Part shown: positions 8,601-17,476 of the stretch, one piece after another
Layout: each line of letters opens with the position of its first letter
How positions within the stretch are numbered: the first letter of the stretch is position 1
Source: a virus
Lineage: Duplodnaviria > Caudoviricetes
IMG/VR virus record: IMGVR_UViG_3300020112_000191
Span: 30,234 to 94,233 of that record
DNA length: 64,000 nt
Strand: one strand, 5' to 3'
Position numbers and translations under genes: made by a program
The notes under the pieces: generated by a model
What the model saw: only the letters and a program-made list of their open reading frames with translations
What the model was told of the DNA's origin: nothing
Databases searched by the model: none

Positions 8601-11600
8601 AAGAAGAATTCTGAAGGCAAAGTTAAAGGACTTAAGTACTTTATGAATATTAAGGGATTCGAGAATTGCAAGACAGCTGAAGACTGCAAAGAGCTTCTTA
8701 GAAAGTATTATTACAATTACGCCGCCAACCAGGCTAACATGATTGAAATGCTCGCTGTCGACTCAGCCTTCTTTAAGCATGATAACTGGGTAGATTTTCA
8801 GAAGCGTTCTGGTCAGTGGCATGCTCCAGCAATGCGTGTATGCTCTGAATTTATGAGTCATATTGACGTTACTGGTCACGTAACAGAGAATACAGAAGCT
8901 AATGGTTTTGAAGCTAGATACCCAAAAGATCACATTGGACGTACATCGTTTAGAGAGTGTTATCTCTCAGATTTCAAGATGACATCTAATGCTATTGCAG
9001 AGATTGAGATTGGTCTTCTTAATATCGGTGAGCAGTATCTTACTGAAGAAAGAGCTAATGAGTATCGTACTATGATGTATGAACTTGCTTATGCTAGCAC
9101 TAACGAGCGTAAGGCTATTGTTAACAAAATGAAATCAACATTCCCTGAGATTGCCGAATTCATTGATAGTATTACTGATGTAGTTTCTAACTATAGAGGT
9201 ATCAATGTAGCCGATGCTGAGTGTTATATGAGTCTTGATGCTTACCTTGATGTAATGAAAGCTTATGGTGATAAGAACTACAAGAACATCATGAGAGCAA
9301 TAGATCATGTGAAGTCTGGTAAGATTACCATAGAAGATTATAACGCAATAGCTCAGACTTGGAAGCCATTTGCTTATGGTATCACTTATGTAGAAGATGG
9401 TCTTGGCGGTTGGATGGCTGTACCTCATCAAGGTAAGAATTCGCAGTTCCCTCTGTTAATGACTCTGTTTGCTGCAATAAATAATACAACTGCAACATCT
9501 AAGAAATTGAATGCTCTCAATCATGTAATGAAGAGTCGCAATATTCACATGTTCCAGTTTGAGTCTGCTATTAAGGCTGGTTGTTCAGCAACAATAGACA
9601 CTAATGAAAAGAGCCTGGATCCAAATCTTTCAGCAGAGCAGATGGCTGACGATATCATGGGTACTATTGATGAAAATCCACAGGCTGTTCACTTGGTTGC
9701 TGTTGATGACTGGGGCTTCCAGAATCACGAATCAGAACACTTGGTAGATCATGAAGCTCTTCGTGGAATTCAGTTCCAGAAATTGATTGCTTCTTGTATC
9801 TCTCCAGATGTTAATGATCTAAAGTTGTTTGATGGCAACGTTATCAACGTTCAGGATTGGTATCATAAATATACAGATATAGTAACCGCAGATAATGAGG
9901 ACGCTCTTAAGGATCTTCTTCATACATTCGGTACTAAGAAGGCAGCTTCAGATTTCTTGCAGAGAGTAATTGGCTCTTCAGACAGATATTCAGAACAGCT
10001 TAAGAAAGCAGTGCAGCTAGATTCTAATGGTAATTTCCAGTATTCACTGATGACTCCAGCTATTCGTTCACAGATAGCAGAGATCGCTCTTGCAGCAGCT
10101 GATAAGGCTCTTAACAAGCAGAAATTCAAGGGCGGTACTTGCACACAGGTTTCTGGCTATGGTGTAGAAGATAAGCTTTCTCTTGTATTTGAAGATGAGA
10201 ATGGCAATGAAGTTCGCCTCGACAAGAATCTTTCTTTGGAAGAGAGGGAGGCTAGCTTGGTGGGCCGTAAGCTTCATCTTAAGTATATGGAATGTTTCTT
10301 GCCAGCTTACTCTAAGAAATTGTTTGAGCCTCTTATGGATGCTAATGGCGTTCTTGATATAGAGAAGCTTCCAGACGAGCTTAGACGTTGTATCGGCTAT
10401 CGTGTGCCTACAGAGAATAAGTATTCAATGTGCCCTCTCTACATTAAGGGATTTAGTACACAGCAGAATGGTTCTCATATTATGGTTCCAGCTGAGATTA
10501 CAGTACTTTCTGGTTCAGACTTTGATATTGACCACATGTATATTATGTTGCCTGAATTCAAGGTTGAAGACAATACTGAGAATGAGAATTACGATGCGTT
10601 TGTTGCAGCTACAAAAGAGCAGCCTGAACTTGCTGATTATTTTGGTATTCGTGAAGATGATACTGATCTTGTAAAACGTTCAAGAGTAGCTAATGTATTC
10701 AAGAAGATTATCATGCCAAAGGCCAATAAAGGTCTTCTGAAGCCAGATACAGCTGACTACAATGTTTATCAAGCTTACTTGAGAATAGATCAATCTGTAG
10801 CTCATAATAAGGCTGTCAAGTACGTCAATTACGATTTCAATAAGCCAGCTACTGAGCAGACTCCAGAAGCTCGTACTAATGGTTATTTACAGCTTGCTTG
10901 GTCGGTACTTACTAATTCTGATACTCTTCGTCAGTTCTTGAAGCCTGGTGGTTTCGTTAAGCTTGCAGAAGCTGGTAACTATTGCGAGTTAGCTAAGATG
11001 GATCTTGAATCTATTAAGCGTGGTTGCGAAATTACTGGAATTCCATTTATTGCAGATGGCCAATCTAAGTACGATTGGATGGAAGCTCTTGATCCAGATG
11101 ATGTAACTAAGATTTATAAGGCTGGTCTTCCATCTGTAGATCCATTGTCTCCAGCAACATTCTCAGATTTCCATAGGCAGAATTTCGTTGGCAAGCAGAT
11201 GTTGGCAATTTTCGCTGTGAATTTGTCTTCACATGCGTTGGCTCAGCATAAACCAACTAAGCTTGATGCGCCAGTAGAATTCAATGGCAAGGTCGTTGAT
11301 ACTCTCGATGCAGTAAGAACTCCAGAGAATGATTTTACAATATATTCTCTCTCCGAAGGTGTGGCTGGTTCAGCGGATAACGTAAAGGATCCAAACCTTG
11401 CTAAGATGAACATTTCTAAGTTCAACATCAATGTAGAAACAATGATGCTTAGACTTGGATTCTCTCAGAAGGAAGTTGGTATATTACTTTCTCAGCCGAT
11501 AGTTAGGTATCTCGAACAGATTTATACAGAAAGAGGCGAACGTGGAGATTTTGCTGATATAGCAGCTACTCTCTGGGAAAGTTTTCAGAAGTCTGGTCTC

Positions 11601-13337
11601 GTTAATGATGATCTCGTAATGCCTAAGCTTAGTGTAGCAGCACTTGTTAATTCTAAGGGAATGACAAAGCAAATTACAGAATCAGATATTGAGAGTCATA
11701 ATATAGATCTAATGCAGCTTGCAACTCTTAAGTTCGTAATGGGAATCGCTCAAAATCTGAAGACATTCAATAACTACAATAATGAGTTCAAGCCAGAAAA
11801 GAGAATCAAGAGTTCTATAGAGGAATCAGTTCCAAATGATGAGCTATACACATTCAATGTAGATGATCATATTACCGATTCATTTGCAGTGAATTACTAT
11901 AGCGAAATGGACGAATCTGAGAGTCCAGCTATGCAACCAGGTATTCTCGGCACAGTTCTCTCTAAGCACCAGGCAACAAATACTATAATAAGAGATATAG
12001 TTAAGAAGCTATTCCCAATACATGCTTCAAACGCATGGAAGATGATGAAGGCTAGCTTGAATTCTATTACAGCAATGAGCAAGTCTGATCTCGATTCTTA
12101 TGTAGATAAGCTTATGAATTTCGGTGCACAGACAGCTCAGTGCTTCAACGAAGTAGCTCCAGCAGACGCATTCAATGCAGAAGGTAAGATTTCTACTAAG
12201 ATTGGTACAGCTACTTACGAAATAAAGAATCCTCTCGATGGTACAGAGTCTCCAGCTGAACGCTATGAGAAAGTTCGTAACTGGTATATTAAAGAAATGC
12301 CTAAGTTGTTAAATAAACTTAAGAATAATAAGCTGTTCAAGGATAGCAAATTATTCAAGGGACTTAAGGTAACAATGGACGCTAAGTCCAATGCAATGCC
12401 AGTTGTAATCTTCAAGCCAGCTACTAAGCTTGATAAGTATCAAATTGAGGATCTTCAGAATGAATGGCTGAAACTTTCAGAATCAGCTGATCCATTCTTG
12501 AGAAGATTTGCTACAATGCTTGCAGTATATTCTTCATATAGAAATTCATTCTCTGGACGTAATGGCGGTCTTGGTCGTATAATGCCTGTTGAAATATTGG
12601 ATAAGCTTCCTGGTTACAATGCAGCTCTTAAGGACATGAAAATCTTCGATGAAGTAACTCTTGGTTTAAAATGTTTGAATCAATTATTGCTCTCAGACAA
12701 GAATTTCCTCGATAAGTGCGCTAAGCTAATCTTCCATAAGAAGTATAAGACTAAGTTCTTCGAGCAGACTGAGAAAGGCAAAGACGATATGAAATCTCCA
12801 AAGGTTGTCGTTGAGATCGATCCTGGTGAGAATAAGCGTCTTGTATCTCCATTCTTGCGTATTGAGAAAAAGATAGATAATCCTCTTACTGGAAAGGAAA
12901 CTACTGTTACTTATTACTATAAGAGAGTACTCAAACCTGGTAATGAAGAAGCTTATCAGTATGTATTGATGATTCCTTCAGCTAATGAGATGCTTGAATA
13001 TTTCAATCCATTTAGGCAGTCTATATTTGACAATTCTAAATCTAAGCAATTCTCTAAGGAAACTTGGAAGAAGATTGTTGAGTATTACAAGAATGATCCT
13101 AGCGTTGGAGATATGGTTCAAGATATCGTTGAAGAGAAGAAGAAGGAGTCTAAGAGCTACGACTTTATAGATGACGAAGATGAAGGTGAAAATATCCTCG
13201 ATTCGATTGAAGTAAAGAAAGATGCTGAAGAGGCTCAGAAGAAAGACGATATATGCCCTAGCGGTAGTAAGAAAGCTCCACAAGGAAAAAGTGTAAAACA
13301 ACGTCCTTCTTTAGGAGATATTTGGAATATGCTATAG
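5631..13337 (+). CDS. crAss-like virion RNA polymerase (single-chain, two-barrel, beta/beta'-like)
   Basis: 2568 aa; catalytic GSDFDIDH (10518-10532) preceded by GYRVPTE; DFQKR, INVADAECY and FESAIKAG motifs. Confidence 0.9.
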   Translation: MSNFCVVLFPGDKHLAALDAILSKQGAIKKVSQTSADLITASHCIGAAFDELGIDFEESQEVPQGVYEKAASLYRANNKDCQMTLSNGNTYIVDPVTSEKWAVVDGKFVSIDYANDPVLAPLKELEMNPEMNKTEIRLAIQECQDACNNLLYKEPLMDGNREHAMRMAFSSQQLNEHCDTIAHLFSEYLTRDINRKIKEFEALVNGIEKDSIAWDQESVYEAAAITKNESMSDAYNKEAVLTALRKRLNSFYENRFEAARIITGGSASVFNDVFNDLEDVTDAIKAFEAGDYANFAPVVRLGLAKMNMLAGLDLTKLGAKNYEYLAQNIIPQLKKMLSTIEKIISFKKEIIQRSCSNLETIETDMKVNFKEATSNQKETDFLENEDNEDKEHWMTSYTSVSIENSMSAQMKLFFANIEQTDNAGKPKINSLGRSTFVGFGKTYVKIAQLLSDAVSESDVMDRLKKAAVTNPWINKVIKRLEESKATMFQDDYEKYDSFYAEFFHCFRKDEELLAAVEAESAYGVDTYTSHNINRIGGVQVMAEGWMQNLAGFCMGVGEDHFKIFNEDGTLNEEEYTALMAMVKSKANIVEKAKNDNEEAVNFVYEALCAIGMPIESKESLQKVLKQMPDNVISSIQNKIFDGNKGALAQLKISFGGANSNRSLIAWAENGYQNFHMKKMAYYFRDAAEAVSESSVTHNGKTRYSLVSPNFIGRLAKILSSEDTERAKKFLKEQYEFLYNSRLDSFNNNYLDFIYQNLKKGRTFDMEMSNMISFGEKDYTDFNYAETQLVGIVNFFENQGEDSDAKQNVAPFVSPLQADKPSMNLMRCPVYSVDDIKLFGGQRKTITGELDIQRGSVTQSLVNEINRINKVGKRLSIMVEAKQKGVKSPIAPITNYDAVFEIKDGKVKIKKPNGLTFTTHPFFNTAKFVYDAATDTLKLGVDGQSLLDILNSLDEMDTHRESIIRQAAKISYEENLNDYFEKLKREGLFVQKKNSEGKVKGLKYFMNIKGFENCKTAEDCKELLRKYYYNYAANQANMIEMLAVDSAFFKHDNWVDFQKRSGQWHAPAMRVCSEFMSHIDVTGHVTENTEANGFEARYPKDHIGRTSFRECYLSDFKMTSNAIAEIEIGLLNIGEQYLTEERANEYRTMMYELAYASTNERKAIVNKMKSTFPEIAEFIDSITDVVSNYRGINVADAECYMSLDAYLDVMKAYGDKNYKNIMRAIDHVKSGKITIEDYNAIAQTWKPFAYGITYVEDGLGGWMAVPHQGKNSQFPLLMTLFAAINNTTATSKKLNALNHVMKSRNIHMFQFESAIKAGCSATIDTNEKSLDPNLSAEQMADDIMGTIDENPQAVHLVAVDDWGFQNHESEHLVDHEALRGIQFQKLIASCISPDVNDLKLFDGNVINVQDWYHKYTDIVTADNEDALKDLLHTFGTKKAASDFLQRVIGSSDRYSEQLKKAVQLDSNGNFQYSLMTPAIRSQIAEIALAAADKALNKQKFKGGTCTQVSGYGVEDKLSLVFEDENGNEVRLDKNLSLEEREASLVGRKLHLKYMECFLPAYSKKLFEPLMDANGVLDIEKLPDELRRCIGYRVPTENKYSMCPLYIKGFSTQQNGSHIMVPAEITVLSGSDFDIDHMYIMLPEFKVEDNTENENYDAFVAATKEQPELADYFGIREDDTDLVKRSRVANVFKKIIMPKANKGLLKPDTADYNVYQAYLRIDQSVAHNKAVKYVNYDFNKPATEQTPEARTNGYLQLAWSVLTNSDTLRQFLKPGGFVKLAEAGNYCELAKMDLESIKRGCEITGIPFIADGQSKYDWMEALDPDDVTKIYKAGLPSVDPLSPATFSDFHRQNFVGKQMLAIFAVNLSSHALAQHKPTKLDAPVEFNGKVVDTLDAVRTPENDFTIYSLSEGVAGSADNVKDPNLAKMNISKFNINVETMMLRLGFSQKEVGILLSQPIVRYLEQIYTERGERGDFADIAATLWESFQKSGLVNDDLVMPKLSVAALVNSKGMTKQITESDIESHNIDLMQLATLKFVMGIAQNLKTFNNYNNEFKPEKRIKSSIEESVPNDELYTFNVDDHITDSFAVNYYSEMDESESPAMQPGILGTVLSKHQATNTIIRDIVKKLFPIHASNAWKMMKASLNSITAMSKSDLDSYVDKLMNFGAQTAQCFNEVAPADAFNAEGKISTKIGTATYEIKNPLDGTESPAERYEKVRNWYIKEMPKLLNKLKNNKLFKDSKLFKGLKVTMDAKSNAMPVVIFKPATKLDKYQIEDLQNEWLKLSESADPFLRRFATMLAVYSSYRNSFSGRNGGLGRIMPVEILDKLPGYNAALKDMKIFDEVTLGLKCLNQLLLSDKNFLDKCAKLIFHKKYKTKFFEQTEKGKDDMKSPKVVVEIDPGENKRLVSPFLRIEKKIDNPLTGKETTVTYYYKRVLKPGNEEAYQYVLMIPSANEMLEYFNPFRQSIFDNSKSKQFSKETWKKIVEYYKNDPSVGDMVQDIVEEKKKESKSYDFIDDEDEGENILDSIEVKKDAEEAQKKDDICPSGSKKAPQGKSVKQRPSLGDIWNML

Positions 13338-13356
13338 AAACTCCGAAAAATTTTAT

Positions 13357-13364
13357 TACCTTTG
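13357..13364 (+). promoter_or_regulatory. Host-type -7 promoter element
   Basis: TACCTTTG(C) in the 46-nt gap before ATG 13384; no clear -33 element. Confidence 0.65.
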
Positions 13365-13383
13365 CGGTGTAAAATAAAACACA

Positions 13384-16300
13384 ATGATTGGGATTTGTAG
13401 AATAGCTCCAGGGGTGCGCCGTCCAGATGGTACTGAGATTGACGCACCTCTTTATACAAAACTCATGAGTTTGGTTCATGATAGACAGACAGCTCTGGAT
13501 CTTTACTACTCAGTAAAGACTCCAGCAGCTATGTCTGTTATGAAACCAGCTTTAGATGAGTTCGGTGATCCGACGTTTGAATCGCTTATTACAAATAAGC
13601 AGTTCGCAAACAAACTCGGCAAAGATGTTTACGCAAAGGTTATAGAGGCCCAAACAGGCGTTAATATCAATGCTACCTACGACAATGCACAAGTGGCAGC
13701 TAAAGAGGCTGAAAAGATAAATAACAGCGCATTTGGCGAAAATAATGTCGCTGTGCATGTAGAGAAATCTGTTGGTATCCAAGCAATCAAGGTTCTTCCT
13801 AAGTCACCTAAGACAGAAGCACTCCACGAAGCAATAAAAACATCTGATGATATTCGAGAGAAGATCTATACGACACTTGCTGGCTGGGGGATATCTGTAG
13901 GCGAGCTTAATGCTCTTGATAAGAAGCTTGGAGTCAATGGTATAACTGACACAGCTAGACCAGCACGTACAGCTGAAGGATTAGTAGAGCTTATTCGTGT
14001 AGCTAAAGGCGAGAAGGAAACAGCAGCTCTTACAGAGGAATTTGCTCACGTAGCTTATAAGGCTCTCAAATCTACTGGCTCTCCATTATGCGCTAGACTT
14101 GAGAATATGCTATCTGATGAGGCTGTATTAAGAGAAGTTCTTGGAGAAGATTATGAAGCTTACGAAGAAAAATATCATGGCGAAAAATCTATAATAATTG
14201 AAGAGGCCATTGGTAAACTTATCTCTGAAGCAATTTCGACTGGCAATATGCGTCCTGGACCACAGAAGACGATTCTAGGCCGTATAATTGACGCTATTAA
14301 GGATTTCTTTAGTAAGTTCAATCCATCACCACTTGAAGAGCAAATAGCACGCTCTAAGGCCGTTGCAGCTAGTATTGCTTATGATGCTTTGAATAATAAT
14401 ATCAAAACTAAGGCTGAGAAGATAATCGCTACTGGTGCAGATACAATGTACCAGATCGATAATGAGAATTACGAAACATCCGATGAGGTTGTAGAAGATC
14501 CTCTTTATAATATGTTAAAAGATGTGATCGAGGTTCGTATTACTCAGACAGCTCTGGAGCAGAAACAGCTCGATGTTGTATCAGCAGAGAAAGATGAACA
14601 TATAGCAGTAGAGGCTCTTCAGGATGATTTGATTGATGCTCATTATGAGATTGGTATTTCAAAGGCAGCTCTTCAGTCAACTCAAAGAATGGAGAGAGCA
14701 ATCAATTTCTATAATAAACTTAAGGAATCTGAAAAGTCAACTCCAGCTGGTCGATTCAAGTCGCTTAGACGCTTAAAGATTTATGCAGATGCAGCAGCTC
14801 GTATTTACGATATCATGGATAAGCGTAAGATAAATGAGATCGCTGATGAGAAGATTAGAGAAGCTATTCTTGCTAGATTAAATACTCTAGAAGAGCAGAT
14901 AAAGACAGCTAGAGAAATGTTCCAGAAGAATGCTAAAGAAGAGATCTCTGAGATGTTTGCTCAGGCTATTCCTAATGGCAAGGAATCTACATTCAACGAC
15001 GATAAGCGTGTTGATATAGACGCTCTTCTTGATGTTGTAGATAAAGATACTGGCTGGTGTGATCATTTCTTGTTATCAATGGCAGAGTCTCGTAACGATC
15101 TTCTTAAAGCATTCGACAGAATCTCGAAAGAGGCGAAGGAGAAGGCTCGCTTGAAGACTGAAGAAGATATAGATGAGATTAAGCGTCTTGGCAAGCTTCT
15201 TGAAAGAGAAGGTTACAAGAATACGGATTGGGCTTACGAACGTAATGCTGAGGGAATCCCTACTGGCTATTTGCTTACCAGAATAGATCGTCACAAGTTC
15301 CTTGTAGAGCGTAAAGAAGCAATGCAGAGATTCAAGGCTGAATTGAATCCAGATGGTACTGCTGCTGGTGCAGCCAAAGAAAAGAGAGCTATGAAAGACT
15401 GGCTCAATGAGCATGCTACTATGTTCAATGGAGAATGGTGTCCTAAGAGCGAATATTACTCTAATCCAGAGTTTGCTAATCTCAGCAAGGTTCAGCAGCA
15501 GTTCATCGAAAGAATGCTTGAAATAAAGGAAGAATTGGATGCTCAGTATCCTACCGGTTCTACAATAGGTAATCGTGCGCCAATCGTTCAGAAAAGCTTC
15601 ACAGAGCGTCTTATTGCTAATGGCCCATCAAAGGCTTGGGAGACACTTAGTACATCAATAAAGGACTCTCTTATAGATAATGAATTCGATACTGAATATG
15701 GTGATGTTGACGTTAATGTGTTGATGGATTTCCAGAAGAAGACAGTCAAGAAGCGTCCAATATTCTATAATTCAATTCCTAAAGATAAGACGAAGCTTAG
15801 AGATCTCTCTACAGATTTAGTTTCTTCAATGATTTGTTATGCAGCCAAGGCTAATGAATACGGCGAAATGTCGAAGATAATCGATGGCCTTGAGGTTGCT
15901 AAAGATTACATCACAGAGTTTACTGGTGTTAATCAGAAGAAGGGATCTCATACATTGCGTAATGTAGCTAAGGTTGGTAATGCTTCGTTTGAATCAGATG
16001 CGCGTCTGTATGGCAAATCTGGAATGACAGATAAACTGAACGACTGGTTCGATATGCAAGTTTACGGCCAGTACACAAGATCTGAGGGCCAGCTGTTTGG
16101 ATCTAAGATTTCATTAGCTAAGGCAGCTGATGCTTCTAACTGGTGGACATCACTTAGAACGTTTGCAGCCAATGGTCTTGCGGCTGTATCGAACGTACTC
16201 GCTGGTAAGATCCAGACTTATATAGAGGCAGCTGGTGGCAAGTATTTTGGCTTCTCAAACTATATGAAGGCTGGCAAGATTCTTGCCGAGAATATTCCTG

Positions 16301-17412
16301 GCGTTCTTGCTGATTGTGGTTCTAGAACTAAGACAAACAAGCTCTGGCTTATGATGGATAAATTCAATGTTCTCCAGGATTTTGAGAGCGAGGTAAACGA
16401 GGTAGATTGGCACAAGAAATCAAGGTTCTCTAGATTATTCTCTGGCTCACTTATGTATGCTGGTAATACAATGGGAGAATTTATGCTTCAGAGTCGTTCT
16501 GCTCTTGCGATGCTTGATAAAGATTCGTTGATGTTGAATGGAGAGTCAATAAGCATATACGATGCTTATGAGGTAAAGTATTTTACCGAAAAGGAAGATG
16601 TTCTCTCAGATGAAGATCAAGGTTTAGGCGGCAAGCTTGTTCTTAAGCCAGGCGTTACTAAAAAAGATGGTTCTGCATTTACTCAAGATGATATAATTGC
16701 TCAAACTCTTAAGATGAAGAGCGTTAATCAGAAGATGCATGGTATCTACAATAAGGTTGATAGAAATATAGCTCAGAGCTATGCTGCTGGTCGTATGGCT
16801 ATCATGTTTAGAAAGTGGATCGTTCCATCGGTAATGAGGCGTTTTGGTTCTTCTTCAATTAACTCAGATACTGGCGAATGGGAGCAAGGTTACTACAACA
16901 CTTGCTGGACAATAATAAATCGTCTTCGTAGAGAAATACAGGCTGGAGAATTCAAATGGGCCGCATTCAAGGATCAACTTACAGAGGACGAAATTGCTAA
17001 CGTTAAGAAGGCAATGTTTGAACTCTGCACAATGTTAAGCTTGTTCTTGATCAAGTGCTATGGCTTCGATGATGACGATAAGGACAAAAAGAAGACTTAT
17101 CTCGAATCAATGGTTAAATATCAGTGTTGCCGTCTCTACACAGAAATTGGTGCATTGACTCCAACTCCTGCGATTCTTACAGAAGCGATGACAATTGTTA
17201 AATCTCCAACAGCAGATATAGATACATGGGAATCGTTTACAAATATTCTCGATATCTTTGCATTCTGGAATTGGGGAGATACATACGAAACTGGTAAACA
17301 CAAGGGCGAATCAAAGCTTAAGTGGGATCTCTTGAAGATGTTCCCATACATTAAGCCAATTGAGTCGACTTTGGATCCAGAGTCTAAGTCAAGATTCTTT
17401 GACAATAAGTAA
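13384..17412 (+). CDS. Giant virion/ejected protein (vRNAP-associated) with a degenerate zincin-like motif
   Basis: 1342 aa, largely helical; TEEFAH...EEAIGK near the N-terminus; C-terminal KMHGIY / MFRKW / EQGYY motifs recalled from crAss large cargo proteins. Confidence 0.7.
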   Translation: MIGICRIAPGVRRPDGTEIDAPLYTKLMSLVHDRQTALDLYYSVKTPAAMSVMKPALDEFGDPTFESLITNKQFANKLGKDVYAKVIEAQTGVNINATYDNAQVAAKEAEKINNSAFGENNVAVHVEKSVGIQAIKVLPKSPKTEALHEAIKTSDDIREKIYTTLAGWGISVGELNALDKKLGVNGITDTARPARTAEGLVELIRVAKGEKETAALTEEFAHVAYKALKSTGSPLCARLENMLSDEAVLREVLGEDYEAYEEKYHGEKSIIIEEAIGKLISEAISTGNMRPGPQKTILGRIIDAIKDFFSKFNPSPLEEQIARSKAVAASIAYDALNNNIKTKAEKIIATGADTMYQIDNENYETSDEVVEDPLYNMLKDVIEVRITQTALEQKQLDVVSAEKDEHIAVEALQDDLIDAHYEIGISKAALQSTQRMERAINFYNKLKESEKSTPAGRFKSLRRLKIYADAAARIYDIMDKRKINEIADEKIREAILARLNTLEEQIKTAREMFQKNAKEEISEMFAQAIPNGKESTFNDDKRVDIDALLDVVDKDTGWCDHFLLSMAESRNDLLKAFDRISKEAKEKARLKTEEDIDEIKRLGKLLEREGYKNTDWAYERNAEGIPTGYLLTRIDRHKFLVERKEAMQRFKAELNPDGTAAGAAKEKRAMKDWLNEHATMFNGEWCPKSEYYSNPEFANLSKVQQQFIERMLEIKEELDAQYPTGSTIGNRAPIVQKSFTERLIANGPSKAWETLSTSIKDSLIDNEFDTEYGDVDVNVLMDFQKKTVKKRPIFYNSIPKDKTKLRDLSTDLVSSMICYAAKANEYGEMSKIIDGLEVAKDYITEFTGVNQKKGSHTLRNVAKVGNASFESDARLYGKSGMTDKLNDWFDMQVYGQYTRSEGQLFGSKISLAKAADASNWWTSLRTFAANGLAAVSNVLAGKIQTYIEAAGGKYFGFSNYMKAGKILAENIPGVLADCGSRTKTNKLWLMMDKFNVLQDFESEVNEVDWHKKSRFSRLFSGSLMYAGNTMGEFMLQSRSALAMLDKDSLMLNGESISIYDAYEVKYFTEKEDVLSDEDQGLGGKLVLKPGVTKKDGSAFTQDDIIAQTLKMKSVNQKMHGIYNKVDRNIAQSYAAGRMAIMFRKWIVPSVMRRFGSSSINSDTGEWEQGYYNTCWTIINRLRREIQAGEFKWAAFKDQLTEDEIANVKKAMFELCTMLSLFLIKCYGFDDDDKDKKKTYLESMVKYQCCRLYTEIGALTPTPAILTEAMTIVKSPTADIDTWESFTNILDIFAFWNWGDTYETGKHKGESKLKWDLLKMFPYIKPIESTLDPESKSRFFDNK

Positions 17413-17415
17413 TAC

Positions 17416-17463
17416 AAAAAAAATTAGGGGAGTGTACCAAATCGGTACATTCCCCTTTTTTTT
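17416..17463. terminator. Bidirectional intrinsic terminator between convergent genes
   Basis: A8 run, AGGGGAGTGTACC-aaatc-GGTACATTCCCCT, then a T run; lies between stops at 17412(+) and 17477(-). Confidence 0.9.
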
Positions 17464-17476
17464 ATTCACCTTAGCA

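Noticed and set aside
13335-13450. Readthrough or fusion of the vRNAP TAG into the next giant gene
   Set aside because: The downstream gene is in a different frame, and the extension runs through a promoter, looks non-protein-like and meets more TAG/TGA codons. This TAG looks like a true stop and counts against efficient global amber suppression.
5540-17470. Actively invertible segment around the vRNAP block
   Set aside because: The flanking hairpins differ in sequence; no shared inverted repeats or recombinase gene are visible in the window.
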